Of a DNA stretch of 64,000 nucleotides, positions 50,101 through 64,000 are shown one piece after another. The DNA is from Antechinus flavipes (Eukaryota). The DNA lies in the NCBI RefSeq assembly GCF_016432865.1, contig NC_067403.1:199950001-200014000 (forward strand), given 5' to 3'. The notes beneath the pieces were generated by a model. The model had not been told where the DNA came from, made no database searches, and was given only the letters and a program-made list of their open reading frames with translations. The translations under genes were made by a program, and so were the position numbers. Numbering within the stretch: the first letter of the stretch is position 1; each line of letters opens with the position of its first letter.

Positions 50101-53100
50101 ACTGGGAGGAGGATGATACCCTTGAAAGACACTGAGAAATTACCAAGAGGGGAGCTTTTAGATGAAAGAGAAAGAGTTCAGGTTTGCACATATTGAGCTC
50201 AAGACATCAAGGAGATATCTCATTCAAGAATTTTAATTGATAGAGATGCAAGACTAGAGATCAGGAGAGGGGTTAGGAGCGGATGAATAGATCTGAGAAT
50301 CATGGGCAGAGAGACAATAACTGAATCTATGGGAGCTGATGAGTTCATCTAGTGAAATAGTATAGAGGGAGAGGAGAAGAGGGCACAGGATGGAGCCCTT
50401 GGGACACTTTTGGTTAGATTCAGGTTGTTTCTGTTGTACCGAATACATGATTTTGTTGTTCCATCATTTCAGTCATGGCCAACTCTTCATGACCCTATTT
50501 CAGATTTTTTTATGCGAGAATGATTTGCCACTTCTTTCTCTGGTTCATTTTACAGATAAGGAAACTGAGGCAAACAAGGGTAAGGGAGTTACCTAGCGTC
50601 ACAGGGATAGGAAGTTTTCTGAACCCATATTTGAACTTAGGAATACTCATTTTCCTGACATCAGGGCCTAGCATTCTATCCATTTTTTCACCTCGCTGTT
50701 CCAATTTATTATTTAGGAGATCCTTAAATCCTTATTGGATTCAATTGGATCTGTAGGATTTCAGCAGGATTTTAGGATGAGTGAGGATGTGGAATGAGCA
50801 AAGGTGTGATAAAGATTTGGAACAGATCAGAAGTTTGTCTGGGATTTGTATTCATCTTTCTATAGAGTCTCAGAGACTTTGTCTCACAGGAAACTGGGAG
50901 GGTCATTGATTCAACAAGAATTCATATAACCTCCACACTGAATTTACCAGAGAGCTTGGAATCTTTGCCTTCCAAAATTTTCCACAAGGCAGTATGGCAC
51001 AGTGTGAAAAGTGTTAGATTGGAAGGTCTGGATGACCAAAAAGTGGGCAAGTCCCTTCCTCAGTTTCCTCAACTATAAAATATAAGGGAATTGAACTAGA
51101 TAATCTAAAAAGTCCTTTCCATCTCTAAATTTATGATTCTAAATGTAGTAAAGGAGATAAAAACACACATGAAGCAATGAGATAATTAAGAATTGCAATG
51201 TAGAAGACCATGTGATCCAGCCTTTTACTCAGCAGAGGGAAACCAAGGCTCAGAGAAACGGAAAGGCCTTTTCCAAAGTCACATCAATAATTTAATGACA
51301 GAATCAAGACTGAAATCTCCAAAGACTTAGATCACTATAAAACTACAAGAAATATTTAATAATAGAGAAGAAGATATAGTGCCATAAAAACTAGAAATGA
51401 AGAGCAATGAAGAAATATTTCTTTGGGGGAGAAAGTGTTTGGAGTAGTTAGTGCTGGGCTTGCCTTATTTAACATATTATAATAATGAGTGTCCCACAAG
51501 ACAGATGTGAGCTCAATATAAACAAAAAACTTTATATTTATTATTAGATCTTATTTAGACACTCCATATAAAATGGAGCTCAATATAAAGAAAAGCTTTA
51601 TATTTATATTATATTTTATTTAAACACCCCAAAGTGTATAAAAATGAACCACGCTAGAGGAAGGATCAGAGTAAGGAGGAACTGAACTTCTCTCTTGAGG
51701 ATGCTGTAGAGCAGTGGTTTTCAAACTTTTGTTCTCAGTATCTTCATGTTGTTAAAAAAAAAAAAAAACTATTGAGGATCTGTTCAGAGTTTTTGTTCAT
51801 ATGGGTTATATTTATAGCTATTTACTATATTAGAAATAAAAAATGATTTTGAATTTGTAGACCCTCTGAAAGGGTTTCAGAGACTCCAACAATTCTTTGG
51901 ACTACACTTCGAGGACCACTGCTGTAGAGAGTGTGAGCTGGATAAGATGGCTTCTAAGGTTTACTCCAATTCTGAAATTCTCATAGGAATCACTACATTT
52001 AGAGCTGGAAGGAATCTTAGAAATATCTAATAGTCAGGCCTTCTCATTTTGTCACTGAGAAAACTGAGACCTGAAAAGGAAAATAGGTCTTACAGAACCA
52101 GTATTCAAACTGAGGCACCCCAGCCCCAAAGCCAGCACTTTCTAACAAGACCACATTGGAAGCCACAGCAATTTTTCAGGAAGGAAGGAGGTAGGGAATT
52201 CTCCCCAACACCTCTTCTCAGACTGTGTATTCTAATGTATTCAAGGGAAAATGTTTATGGGATGGGGAGCAAGGGGTCCCAGCTCTTTGCAGTGGTAGCT
52301 TAGGAAGAGGAACAAAGGATCACCACTAATGATTCCCTCCAAATCCTGAGGCAATTGTGGCTACTGCTCTTTTCTATGGGGCAGAATTTCCACGGAGGGA
52401 ATAGCCATGAAAGGTGAATTGGCCAAAAGGTTATCTTGACCATGAAAGAGCATGAAAATGGTTAATGAATGGGGGCAACTGAAGCTTAGTGGTTAAGGAA
52501 TGAAAGTAACTAAAGTTTAGGACCTAAATCCCAGACACTAGGAACTCCTTCAGGGTGAAGAAAAGTGAATTCAATTCAACTTAAGTACTTAGTATGGAGA
52601 GGGTCAAGATTAAAAATACAGTCCCTGCCTTGGAGTTTATAATCCAATACGAGGAGATTACAGATCATAATATACCTAAAGAACCAGAGTGACCGAAGAG
52701 ATCACGGAAGACTTCATTGAGGAGGTGCCGACCCCAATACATTTTGGGAGAAGGAATGGACTTCAGTAGGCAGAGATTTGAATGCTGCATTCATTCTATG
52801 CATAGTAGGGGTGTGGGATGTGGGAGAATATTGTTACAGAAACAGAAAAAATTAGGACAGAAAATAGTCCAGTGTGGATGGGATTTAGAATTGTGAATTT
52901 GGTTCAAGGATCCAACAAATTGTTAAGTACCAAGTGGCGGAGATATACACATAAAGACAGTTAATTCTTGCCCTCACAAAGTTTCCATTCTACTAGGTGG
53001 GAAACATTATACAATTAAGTAGATACAAAGTTTATATGATGTAATACTGAGTAATTTCAAGAGAGAAAGAGATTTCATGTATCAGCAGGAATCAGAATAG

Positions 53101-56100
53101 GAAGTGGTACCTTTCCGAGGAAGCTTGGGATGTCACGTGGCAGAAGTGAAGGCATTCCAGGCCTGGAAGTCGACATCTTTGCCAAAAAAGAGTAGGGAGA
53201 TGACTTGCCGAGCATGGGGGATGGTGATTTGCCCAGTTGGACTGTGGAAAGTATATGAGAGTAACATGAGATAGAGCTAGGAAGGGAGGCAGGAGTCAGC
53301 TTGTAGAGCCTTAAATGCCGTCCCAAGGAGTTTTTATTGGCAATAAGAAACTACTGAAGGTTTTACAGCTGTGACATAGGTGAGATCTGTGCATTATCCA
53401 GGTGGTTTTGTTCCTGTGCGAAAGAGAAGCTGGTATTAGAGACTAGTTAGGAAGCTGGTATAATAGTGCAGGTAATATAGGACAGACTGAAGAGATAATT
53501 GGAGGGACCAAACATGGGGTTGATTGGGGGCTGAAATGAGAGAACCAGAGGGTCTTCCTAATCCCAAAGTGTAGGTGACTGGAAAAATGGCCGTGCTTAT
53601 GGTTTATGGAAATTGGGAGGTGGGGCCAGCTGGGGATCAGGGGAAGATGAAGAGTTGGAGTTGACAAGTTGAGCTTGGGCCAGTAAAAAAGGAAGCAGAC
53701 CCTTGGACCTCACTCCGGGGGAGCTGATCCAAGCTGGGGCTAGGAAAGGGGCGATTGGAGTATTTAGGGCCCTGCCTGCGACTGCTCCCATCCCCTCCAG
53801 TGTTGTGGCTTGGCCTGCCTCTCCTGGAGACAGCTCTCTGCTTTTGCACTCCCTTCTTGGCCACGAGCCTTGGGTCTGGCCGAGGGCCGAGAAGAGAGGT
53901 CAGCTGGATTAGCCCATGCTTGGGCCTGACCGGCTCCAACAGCCTGGCTGTGGGCCAGATCACACGGTTCCCTCCGTGGCCAATTTCTGAATTCCTGGGC
54001 TTGACCCCACCCCATTTCCACCATGGCCATGGGCTGAGTAGTTAGGAGATTCTTGGGACAGACACTATCTACCACCCCAACCTCGACAGCCCTACTTTTT
54101 GGCCAAATGGAGACCCTTGGCTCCCATCCTGCCTGCTAGTCTCTGTTGTCCTAAGACAAAGATCCTGTCCTGAGTCTTTAAATGGACAGGATCAAGATTA
54201 AAAATACAATCCCTGCCTTGGAGTTTATAATCCAATAAGAGGGTTTTTCAAATCATAACATACTGAAAGAAACAGAGTGATTAAAACGATCACTTTCAGC
54301 CGGGAGATCATGGAAGACTTCATAGAGGAGGTGCCGAACCCAGTACATTTTGGGGTCTCCATCTCCTACCTTTTCCACTTTTTCCAGGCGTTCATATCTA
54401 ACTTTGAGCTACGAGGGTCTATCTCTGATGTTTTAGCTGGTTGGGGGGTTGGAAAGACAAAGACATAGGGCAGGAGATGAGAGACCCCCTAAGTCCTTGG
54501 GGAAATGTTTCTCTTGTTTCTGACCTTGCTGGCCCTCTAGCCAGGTCCTGTGCCCCAGGCTAGTCCCTTATTCCAGTGTTCTCTTGTCCACACAGACGGT
54601 TAAGGAAACGGGCAGCCAAGGCCTCTGCCCACCGCCGTGGGTCTCGTAGCAGGTAACAGGGCAGGAGGGGGTTGACCTCTGGCTGAATCCAGGGGCCTCC
54701 TGATCCTCCCTGTGGCTCCAGGAACTGGAAGGACCCTGTCCTTTCCAGATCCCAGGGTAGTGAATCGGGGTGTGGCCAAGCAGGGTCAAACATGGGGACA
54801 GGTGGAAGAAACACTCCCTTCTGCTCCCCTTGGCAACCCTGGATTTGAACCCTCAGCTCCCAGCTCCACCAGCCTCGATTCATACTCGCTCCCCTTTACC
54901 CTCCCCTCTTTTCCAGCCTTTCCCTTCACTTCTTTCCCACGGCTCTGCCTAAATTCAACCACCCTTCCCCTCTTCCCTGCTATGATCAGCATCTCCAGTG
55001 GGGCAGCATGGACCCCTGGAGCCCTGCTCAGCGTGGCCATGGAGGGGTCAGTGTGGACGGTGTGCCCCAGCTCCCTGAGTGCATTTTCCAGACTGCCTGC
55101 CTTCCTCATCCCTTCTCTCCCACTGTCCTGTCTCTTTCTGAGGAACGAACAGAAAAGACAAGGGATCTGATGTCCCCTGACCCTTCCTGATCCCCTTCCG
55201 CTTGTCTTCTGCCTCCCTCCATGTCTATCTCCTTTTTCCAGGCCAGTCACCAAGTTTAAAGCCAAACACAAACCCCGTGCAGGCCAGGGGCCCAAAAAGA
55301 GGTAAATAAAGAGCTGGATGGTGAAAGGGACGCGGAGGCCCTGAGAGCCCACTGGTCGAGCAGGGGACACAGGGACCAAGCCGCTTGGGAACCAGGGGAA
55401 AGGGGGAGGGCTTCAGGGACCCAGGGATCCCACCCCAATGACGTCAGCCCGAGTGACCAGTGACCTCCTTTATCATGTATTCCTTCAGCAGAGCTGATAG
55501 AAAATTCGGGATTCCGCCTGAAACCTCATTAGAGAGCAGCAGTCACTTAGCTTCCTAGTTCAGTAGCACATAGAACAGAAGGCTGCATGACTCGGTCCTG
55601 TCTTTCCCCTTCGAGTTACTTCAGAACTCTGGCGGGCTGCTGCCTGTCTTCTTAGGCCCAAGAACAATTCCACTCTCACTTATACACCGCACAGTGCTCG
55701 CATTATCTTGCTGGTTCTCACCACAGTTCTGAGGAGGAGGAGGAGCTGGCAGGACATTTCACAGATGAGGAATCTGAGCCTCAGAGCAGGAAAGCAATTT
55801 GCCTGAGGTCCTAAAGGTAGTGATAGACAGGATACTCGACAGGTCTGAATGGCGGCCCAGAGTCCATCCCTCTGCACCACATGCCCTCTGTACCCCCAGA
55901 GCAAACCCCTCCACCCCGGGGCTTCCGGAGACAATCTGGATGGGGGAGTCTCTCTGCTTGGTCAGTGAAGACCAAGGGGAAAATCCATTACTCTATTCTT
56001 TTTCCATCTTGGGCCAGGGATGACAAAACAGTCCTCTGGGCATCTCTCAGCAGCGTCTGGTTTGAAGAACTTGAGATTGCCTCTTTAAGCTCTGCTTCTG

Positions 56101-59100
56101 GGGATTCCTTTTTGATGTCTCCCTCGCCATGAACAGGCCCCCATTCTGAGCCTCCCCGAAAGGACTTCTCTTTCTACTCTGGGATAAGACCATTTCCAAG
56201 ACCCCTGGCTCCTCAGGAGTCTTCCCACTCTTTATTCTGGGCTTCTTGTATGAAATGCTCACACAAACACACACTTTTTGTTTTCCTCCAAGCTTGCTCT
56301 TATTCTTGTACCCATTTCGGTGTTTTCTGCCAGTGCCAGTCCCGTCCTAGCTTCCCATTCTGCCCTGGAACAGCCTCTGCCCTTTCAAACAAATGTAATA
56401 TTCACTGACACTTAGGTAGCGCCTTAAGGTATGCAAAGTGTTTTACGATCTCCCTCCTCTCCACAAGTCGGCCAGGTGAGTATCATAGGTGTAATTATCG
56501 GCCTCTTTAATGGAGAAGGAGACAAGCCTAGAGAGGTTAAGTCCCTCGTTCATGCTGGAAAACTGGCAGAATCTGCATCCAAGGCTCTCCGGTCCCCAGC
56601 AGCTGATACACACATCAATGGTGTATTCTGTGGTTTATTTGACTTGATTCTGGGAGAAAAGTACTCTTCCTATTTTATAAAAGGAGACAGGATTGGAGGA
56701 GTTATAGGGAACTTACTCCTGGTCACACAAGGCTGTGGAGGGCCAGAGGTCATTTTCAAGCCCATGCTCTTCCGGGGGTCCCATCACTTTCCGCGTCTCC
56801 GGGCTTATTTCCGCCCCAGCGAGCACGGAGAGCATTTGTGTCCCCGTGGGCTGCCTGGGCCTCTGTTCCTGCATTACCTCCTGGCCTCGCGGGTCCCTTG
56901 GGCCCGGCCCACGGCCCTTTCTGCTCATGGCCCTCCTCATGTTCGAGGCATGGGGGGCAGGGGGCTGACGGATTAGGGGTCGAGGTTGCAATGAGCTGTC
57001 CTCTTCTCCCTCTGTCCAGGAGGCTCCTCCCGCCTTCTCACCTAAAACCCCCCATTTTGTGGACACTTCACTGTCTCTTGGATCTCCTGCCACTCTGGGT
57101 GTTTTTTCTGGCTCTGAGAAAGGGGTGGGAGGTGAGGGCGAGGACGGCGAGGGGAAAGCGAGCAGGGAGCTGGGAAGGGGGTCGTGGAGGAGGCGGCCAG
57201 ACTGGGGTCCATCCTGCTCCTTCCCCTTCCCCAGGCTGCTGGCCCAGCGCCAACGTCACTCCTTCGGTCTGCACGGAGTGGCGTGCCTGGGCACTGAGGC
57301 TCACCTCTCCCTCTGCCCCCTGGAATTCTATCGTGGCAATGACACTGCCCGGTGCCCGGGTGGGGCCCCCGCCGTGGTGAGCTGTGTGCCAGGCTCTCTT
57401 TATGCCACAGCCAACGGCCAGAGAAAGAAGCAGTCATCGACACAACCTCGGGGAGAGGTGTGTGTGACCCAAGCAGAGGGAAGCCCCCCCCCTTCCCGAC
57501 CCCCCAGCCCCCCTCCAGGGATCGGGGCCCTGCCGCACCTTCCTCCGCACCTGCCCCCCCCCGCCCCCGTCCCAAACCAGGTGCCCGCCTCCCCGCCCCG
57601 TTAATGTTCTCCCCGTCTCTGTCTCTTCAGCCCCGGCTTCGCCTGAAGGGCGGGGCGCGGCCGGGCGAGGGCCGGGTGGAGGTCTTGAAGGGCGGTGAGT
57701 GGGGCACGGTCTGTGACCACAAGTGGGACCTGCAGTCGGCCAGCGTTCTGTGCCGGGAACTGGGCTTTGGGAGTGCCCGCGAGGCCCTGAGCGGCGCCCG
57801 AATGGGACAGGGTGAGCCAAGGGCAGAGGGAGGGGGGCGCCTCAGGAGCTGTCGGGCGGGGGCCGTGGAGCTGGGAGCCAGGGTCAGCTCCCGACCTCTG
57901 CCCCCTGACCCAGGTATGGGCCCCATCCACCTGAGTGAGGTGCGCTGCTCAGGGCGGGAAGCGTCCCTCTGGAGCTGCCCGCACAAGAACATCACGGCTG
58001 AGGACTGTTCCCACGCCCAGGACGCCGCCGTCCGCTGCAACCTGCCCTACACTGGGGTGGAGGCCACGGTCAGCTTTGTCCTCTGAAGCCTGGTCCCCTG
58101 CGCCCTCACCGACGGCTTCTCGCCTCCTTCCCTCCCCCCTTCCTTAACCCCCGACATCCCCATCAGCCTCCTGAACCCACGATGAGGGTCTGCAACGTGT
58201 TCCCTTGCTCCCTGCAGATCCGGCTAAGCGGGGGCCGCAGCCGGTACGAGGGGCGAGTGGAGGTGCAGGTAGGGGGGCCGGGCTCCCCGCGCTGGGGCCT
58301 CATCTGTGGCGATGACTGGGGAACGCTGGAGGCTATGGTGGCCTGCCGGCAGCTGGGCCTGGGCTACGCCAACCACGGCCTGCAGGTAGGACTGGAGGGC
58401 AAGGGGAAGAGGTTCTCCCCGGGCTTCCCGCTCTCTCACGGGTCCCGCGCTCCCCTTTGCAGGAGACGTGGTACTGGGACTCGGGGAACGTCACGGAGGT
58501 GGTGCTGAGCGGAGTTCGCTGTACGGGCTCCGAGCTGTCCCTAGGGGAGTGCGCCCACCACGGGACCCACGTTGCGTGCAAGAGGACGGGCACCCGCTTC
58601 GCTGCCGGTGTCATCTGTTCTGAGAGTGAGAGGGAGCAGATTGGGGGGGGGTCCCCAGAACAAGCCTCCTTTGAGGCAGGGCATGGGGAACATGCGACCC
58701 CAGGGGGAAGTCTCCAGTGAAAACCCAGTCCTTGGGCAGACTGGGAGGGGATGCTGCTCCTCTCCAAACTCACAGAAGTCTCTGCCCCTGTGATCCGTGA
58801 CCTCCTCCCTCCTCCCCCCGACCTTCCCAGCTGCATCAGACCTGATCCTGCACTCAGCACTGGTGCAGGAGACTGCCTACATTGAGGACCGACCACTACA
58901 CATGCTGTACTGCGCGGCCGAGGAAAACTGTCTGTCCCGCTCCGCCCGGTCAGCCAACTGGCCCTACGGCCACCGGCGATTACTGCGTTTCTCCTCCCAG
59001 ATCCACAACCTTGGCCGAGCCGACTTCAGGCCCAAGGCTGGGCGGCACTCCTGGGTGTGGCATGAGTGCCATGGGTGAGGGAAGGGGGTCTTGGCTAGCG

Positions 59101-60029
59101 GGGGGGAGGCTGAGGATCGGTGAGGGAAGGAAGGAAGGACTGTGCTCCATGGGAGAGGACCTCAAAGGCCTTCCCAGGGGAGGCAGGACCAGGCCTGCAG
59201 GCCCCTGTAAATCCACCCCACAGGCACTACCACAGCATGGACATCTTTACTCACTATGACATCCTGACGCCCAATGGCACCAAGGTGGCCGAGGGTCACA
59301 AGGCCAGTTTCTGTCTGGAGGACACTGAATGTCAAGAGGGTGAGTCACTTGTCTGGAAGGGGTTCTAAACGTAGTCCAGAGATCTGAGGGACTCCAGCTC
59401 TGGCCTTCCCTGCCTCGGATCTGACTCCCTGCCTGTGCCTGGGACTTGTGGCAGCCGAGGCCTCCTGGGGCTGCTCCATCCTCTCAACTCCCCATCCCCC
59501 CCAGACGTCTCCAAGCGGTATGAGTGTGCCAACTTTGGGGAACAGGGCATCACCGTGGGATGCTGGGATCTTTACCGGCATGACATTGACTGCCAGTGGA
59601 TTGACATCACAGATGTGAAACCAGGAAACTACATCCTGCAGGTGAGGGGGAGAACACCTGGGCTGTCTAGGGCTGGGGCGCCAGAAGGGAACTCTGATCC
59701 CGATTCTTCACATCAGGTGGTTATTAACCCCAACTTTGAAGTGGCGGAGAGTGACTTCACCAACAACGCGATGAAATGTAACTGCAAATACGACGGACAC
59801 CGCATCTGGGTGCACAACTGCCACATTGGTATCAGGGCTGGGCTGAGCAGGGTGGCAAGCCTTCCCCACTCCCGCTCCAGCTTCTCCTTTCCCTCCCATC
59901 TCTCCTCCTAGGGGGACCAGGGCCTGATCCCACCCCACTGCTATTTCCTCCCCAGGCGATGCTTTCAGTGAAGAGGCCAACAGGAGATTTGAACGCTACC
60001 CTGGCCAGGCCAACAACCAAATTGTCTGA
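44146..60029 (+). CDS. LOXL3: Lysyl oxidase-like 3 (signal peptide, 4 SRCR domains, LOX catalytic domain), 757 aa. Exons: 44146-44464, 46849-47012, 48159-48376, 57235-57457, 57631-57811, 57914-58068, 58218-58385, 58463-58625, 58831-59074, 59224-59339, 59505-59641, 59717-59828, 59956-60029
   Basis: Exons sum to 2274 nt in frame with GT-AG flanks. SRCR motifs ([17 protein letters not shown]); copper-binding [14 protein letters not shown]; LTQ Lys in [12 protein letters not shown] and Tyr in WDLYRHDID; C-terminus [17 protein letters not shown]. Confidence 0.97.
44650..45010 (+). mobile_element. CR1/L3 LINE 3' fragment
   Basis: ggattcagtgaccacatgcaagc...gtaccctt gtcctctgctctcgtcaaaccatccctgg...ttgtgtccacttctg resembles the CR1 ORF2 3' region. 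Confidence 0.55.
47410..47620 (-). mobile_element. MAR1-like SINE, antisense
   Basis: cttctccagctcattttacagatgaggaaactgaggcaaac core. Confidence 0.75.
49320..50410 (-). mobile_element. L2 LINE, antisense
   Basis: Minus-strand ORF 50254-50448 has the L2 RT motif ([39 protein letters not shown]); L2 3' end near 49330-49380. Confidence 0.75.
50430..50700 (-). mobile_element. MAR1-like SINE, antisense
   Basis: gttcattttacagataaggaaactgaggcaaacaagggt core; catatttgaact. Confidence 0.75.
51712..51921. mobile_element. hAT/Charlie-type MITE (MER33-like)
   Basis: Imperfect TIRs CAGTGGTTTTCAAAC / CAGTGGTCCTCGAAG (11 of 15 match) and a perfect 8-bp TSD ctgtagag at 51704-51711 and 51922-51929. Confidence 0.85.
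56780..59050. promoter_or_regulatory. Intragenic CpG-rich island over the end of the long LOXL3 intron and the exons starting 57235-58831
   Basis: CpG density rises sharply at about 56.8 kb, upstream of exon 57235, and includes non-coding sequence with a GC box (CCGCCCC near 56812). Confidence 0.55.
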
Positions 60030-60290
60030 GGCCCCGGATCCATTTGCTGCCTGGCTCTTGGACCTCCCCACCTCAGGTTACTACTGGAACCAGATCTTGG
60101 CTTCAGCCAAACAGTTTGGCGCATGGACCGGGAAGGAGGATTCCCTAACCTTCCACAACTGGGTTGGAGCAAAAAAAGCAGTCTCTACCATGCACACCGA
60201 TGTCCTGGGGACACAGTCAGTACCTCCAATCTTTTGGTTTTGGGGAGGAATCCATCCTACTCCCCTCATTCTTGGCTACAACATGTCACT

Positions 60291-60335
60291 AGTTAAAATT
60301 TTATTTTATTTTAATTTTATTTTATATAAAATGTT
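60291..60335 (-). terminator. AT-rich island with repeated AATAAA on the minus strand (HTRA2 polyA); may also serve LOXL3
   Basis: tttatt at 60300-60305, 60305-60310 and 60316-60321, embedded in GC-rich sequence between the convergent stops. Confidence 0.65.
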
Positions 60336-60535
60336 TCTCCTGTTTCTTTGGAGTGGGTAGGGGGAGGGCCTGCCCTCCCCTGGCTCATTCCCCATCTTGT
60401 TCCCCTCCCAAGCTATTCCAGCCTCAAAGAAAAGGGGATGTGGAGACAGGGCAGGGGCCATACCCTCCCTTCTCCTTCCTTGGGGGGAGATAAGCAAGAT
60501 TCTGTAAAGTTTTGGGGCCCTTTTGTCCATCCTGG

Positions 60536-63417
<2,882 letters not shown>

Positions 63418-63780
63418 GGCTCCCCGCCGGCCTGCTATCCTAGAGGCGGTGCCCCGAGAGCTGACCCGGCCAACGAGGACTGACCCGAGTTCAGATCGCG
63501 GGGCACCTCGGGAGCCGTAGTTCTCGAGCCCTAGTGGGCGGGGTCCTGCGATGCACGCCGGGATGTGTAGTCCTCAGTCAGCTTTCTACGTTCCGTGACC
63601 CACAGTCCTGTGCGGCGCGCCACGCGCAGGGCGTGTTGGGAGTTCTGGGCCCACCAGCCCGGAGGGCTGGCGCCCAAAGGCCCGGCCCTAGCTTTCCCAG
63701 GAGCCCGCGCGGTCGGCCAGGGATTAACATGGCGACGGGGTCTGGGCGGCCCTGAGACGGCGGCGGCGGCGGCGGTGGCG
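63418..63780. promoter_or_regulatory. Compact bidirectional CpG-island promoter of HTRA2 (-) and AUP1 (+)
   Basis: Only 363 bp between the two divergent ATGs, CpG-rich, YY1-type AACATGGCG at 63726-63734, GGC repeat before the AUP1 ATG. Confidence 0.85.
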
Positions 63781-64000
63781 ATGGAGCCTTCGCCGGCCCC
63801 GGGCCCGGAGCGGCTCTTTGATTCACACCGGTGAGAAGGCCGCCCCCGCCCCTTTCCCTAGCCTGCTTCCTCCCTGTCCCGAGCCCCTACCCCGGCCCCA
63901 GTCCCCTCCAGGTCCCCGGCCCGGCTCAGGCCCGCGGGCCTCTGACGGCCGCTGCCTTCCCTCCTCCCGTGCCCCGCGGGGCCCAGGCTCCCTAGTGACG
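63781..64000 (+). CDS. AUP1: AUP1 lipid droplet regulating VLDL assembly factor, 5' end only: exon 63781-63830, next exon starts at 63987 and runs off the window
   Basis: MEPSPAPGPERLFDSHR followed by donor CG|gtgaga; acceptor cccag|G CTC CCT AGT GAC continues RLPSD. Matches the AUP1 N-terminus as recalled, and sits head-to-head with HTRA2. Confidence 0.92.

Noticed and set aside
56400-60400. Long antisense and alternative-frame ORFs over LOXL3
   Set aside because: Explained by GC-rich codon structure opposite real exons; no independent splice or start evidence.

Overview
Eukaryotic genomic DNA from a marsupial. The repeats are marsupial-type CORE-SINEs and L1 3' ends, and a dasyurid-like species is inferred from the repeat style. 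The window covers the conserved M1AP-DOK1-LOXL3-HTRA2-AUP1 cluster, inverted relative to my recollection of the human chr2p13 orientation. I reconstructed these by hand from GT-AG boundaries and reading-frame continuity: the last six coding exons of M1AP (+), complete DOK1 (-, 5 coding exons), complete LOXL3 (+, 13 coding exons, 757 aa), complete HTRA2 (-, 8 exons, 409 aa) and the start of AUP1 (+). Bases 1-35 kb are AT-rich, repeat-dense M1AP introns (L1, L2, CR1/L3, SINEs, a solo LTR, two N gaps). Bases 35-64 kb are GC-rich and gene-dense, with two head-to-head promoters and two tail-to-tail 3' ends. I found no new gene or novel multi-gene system. The best second-look items are lineage-specific changes in known genes: a DAXX-like SUMO-interacting motif candidate in the M1AP tail, a Tyr-to-Phe change and a tandemly duplicated start unit in DOK1, a shortened HTRA2 presequence with an AVPT motif, a CACGCG/Z-DNA minisatellite in the DOK1/LOXL3 promoter, and an AT-rich island that may end both LOXL3 and HTRA2 transcripts. 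All comparisons with human or mouse proteins are from memory and need database confirmation.
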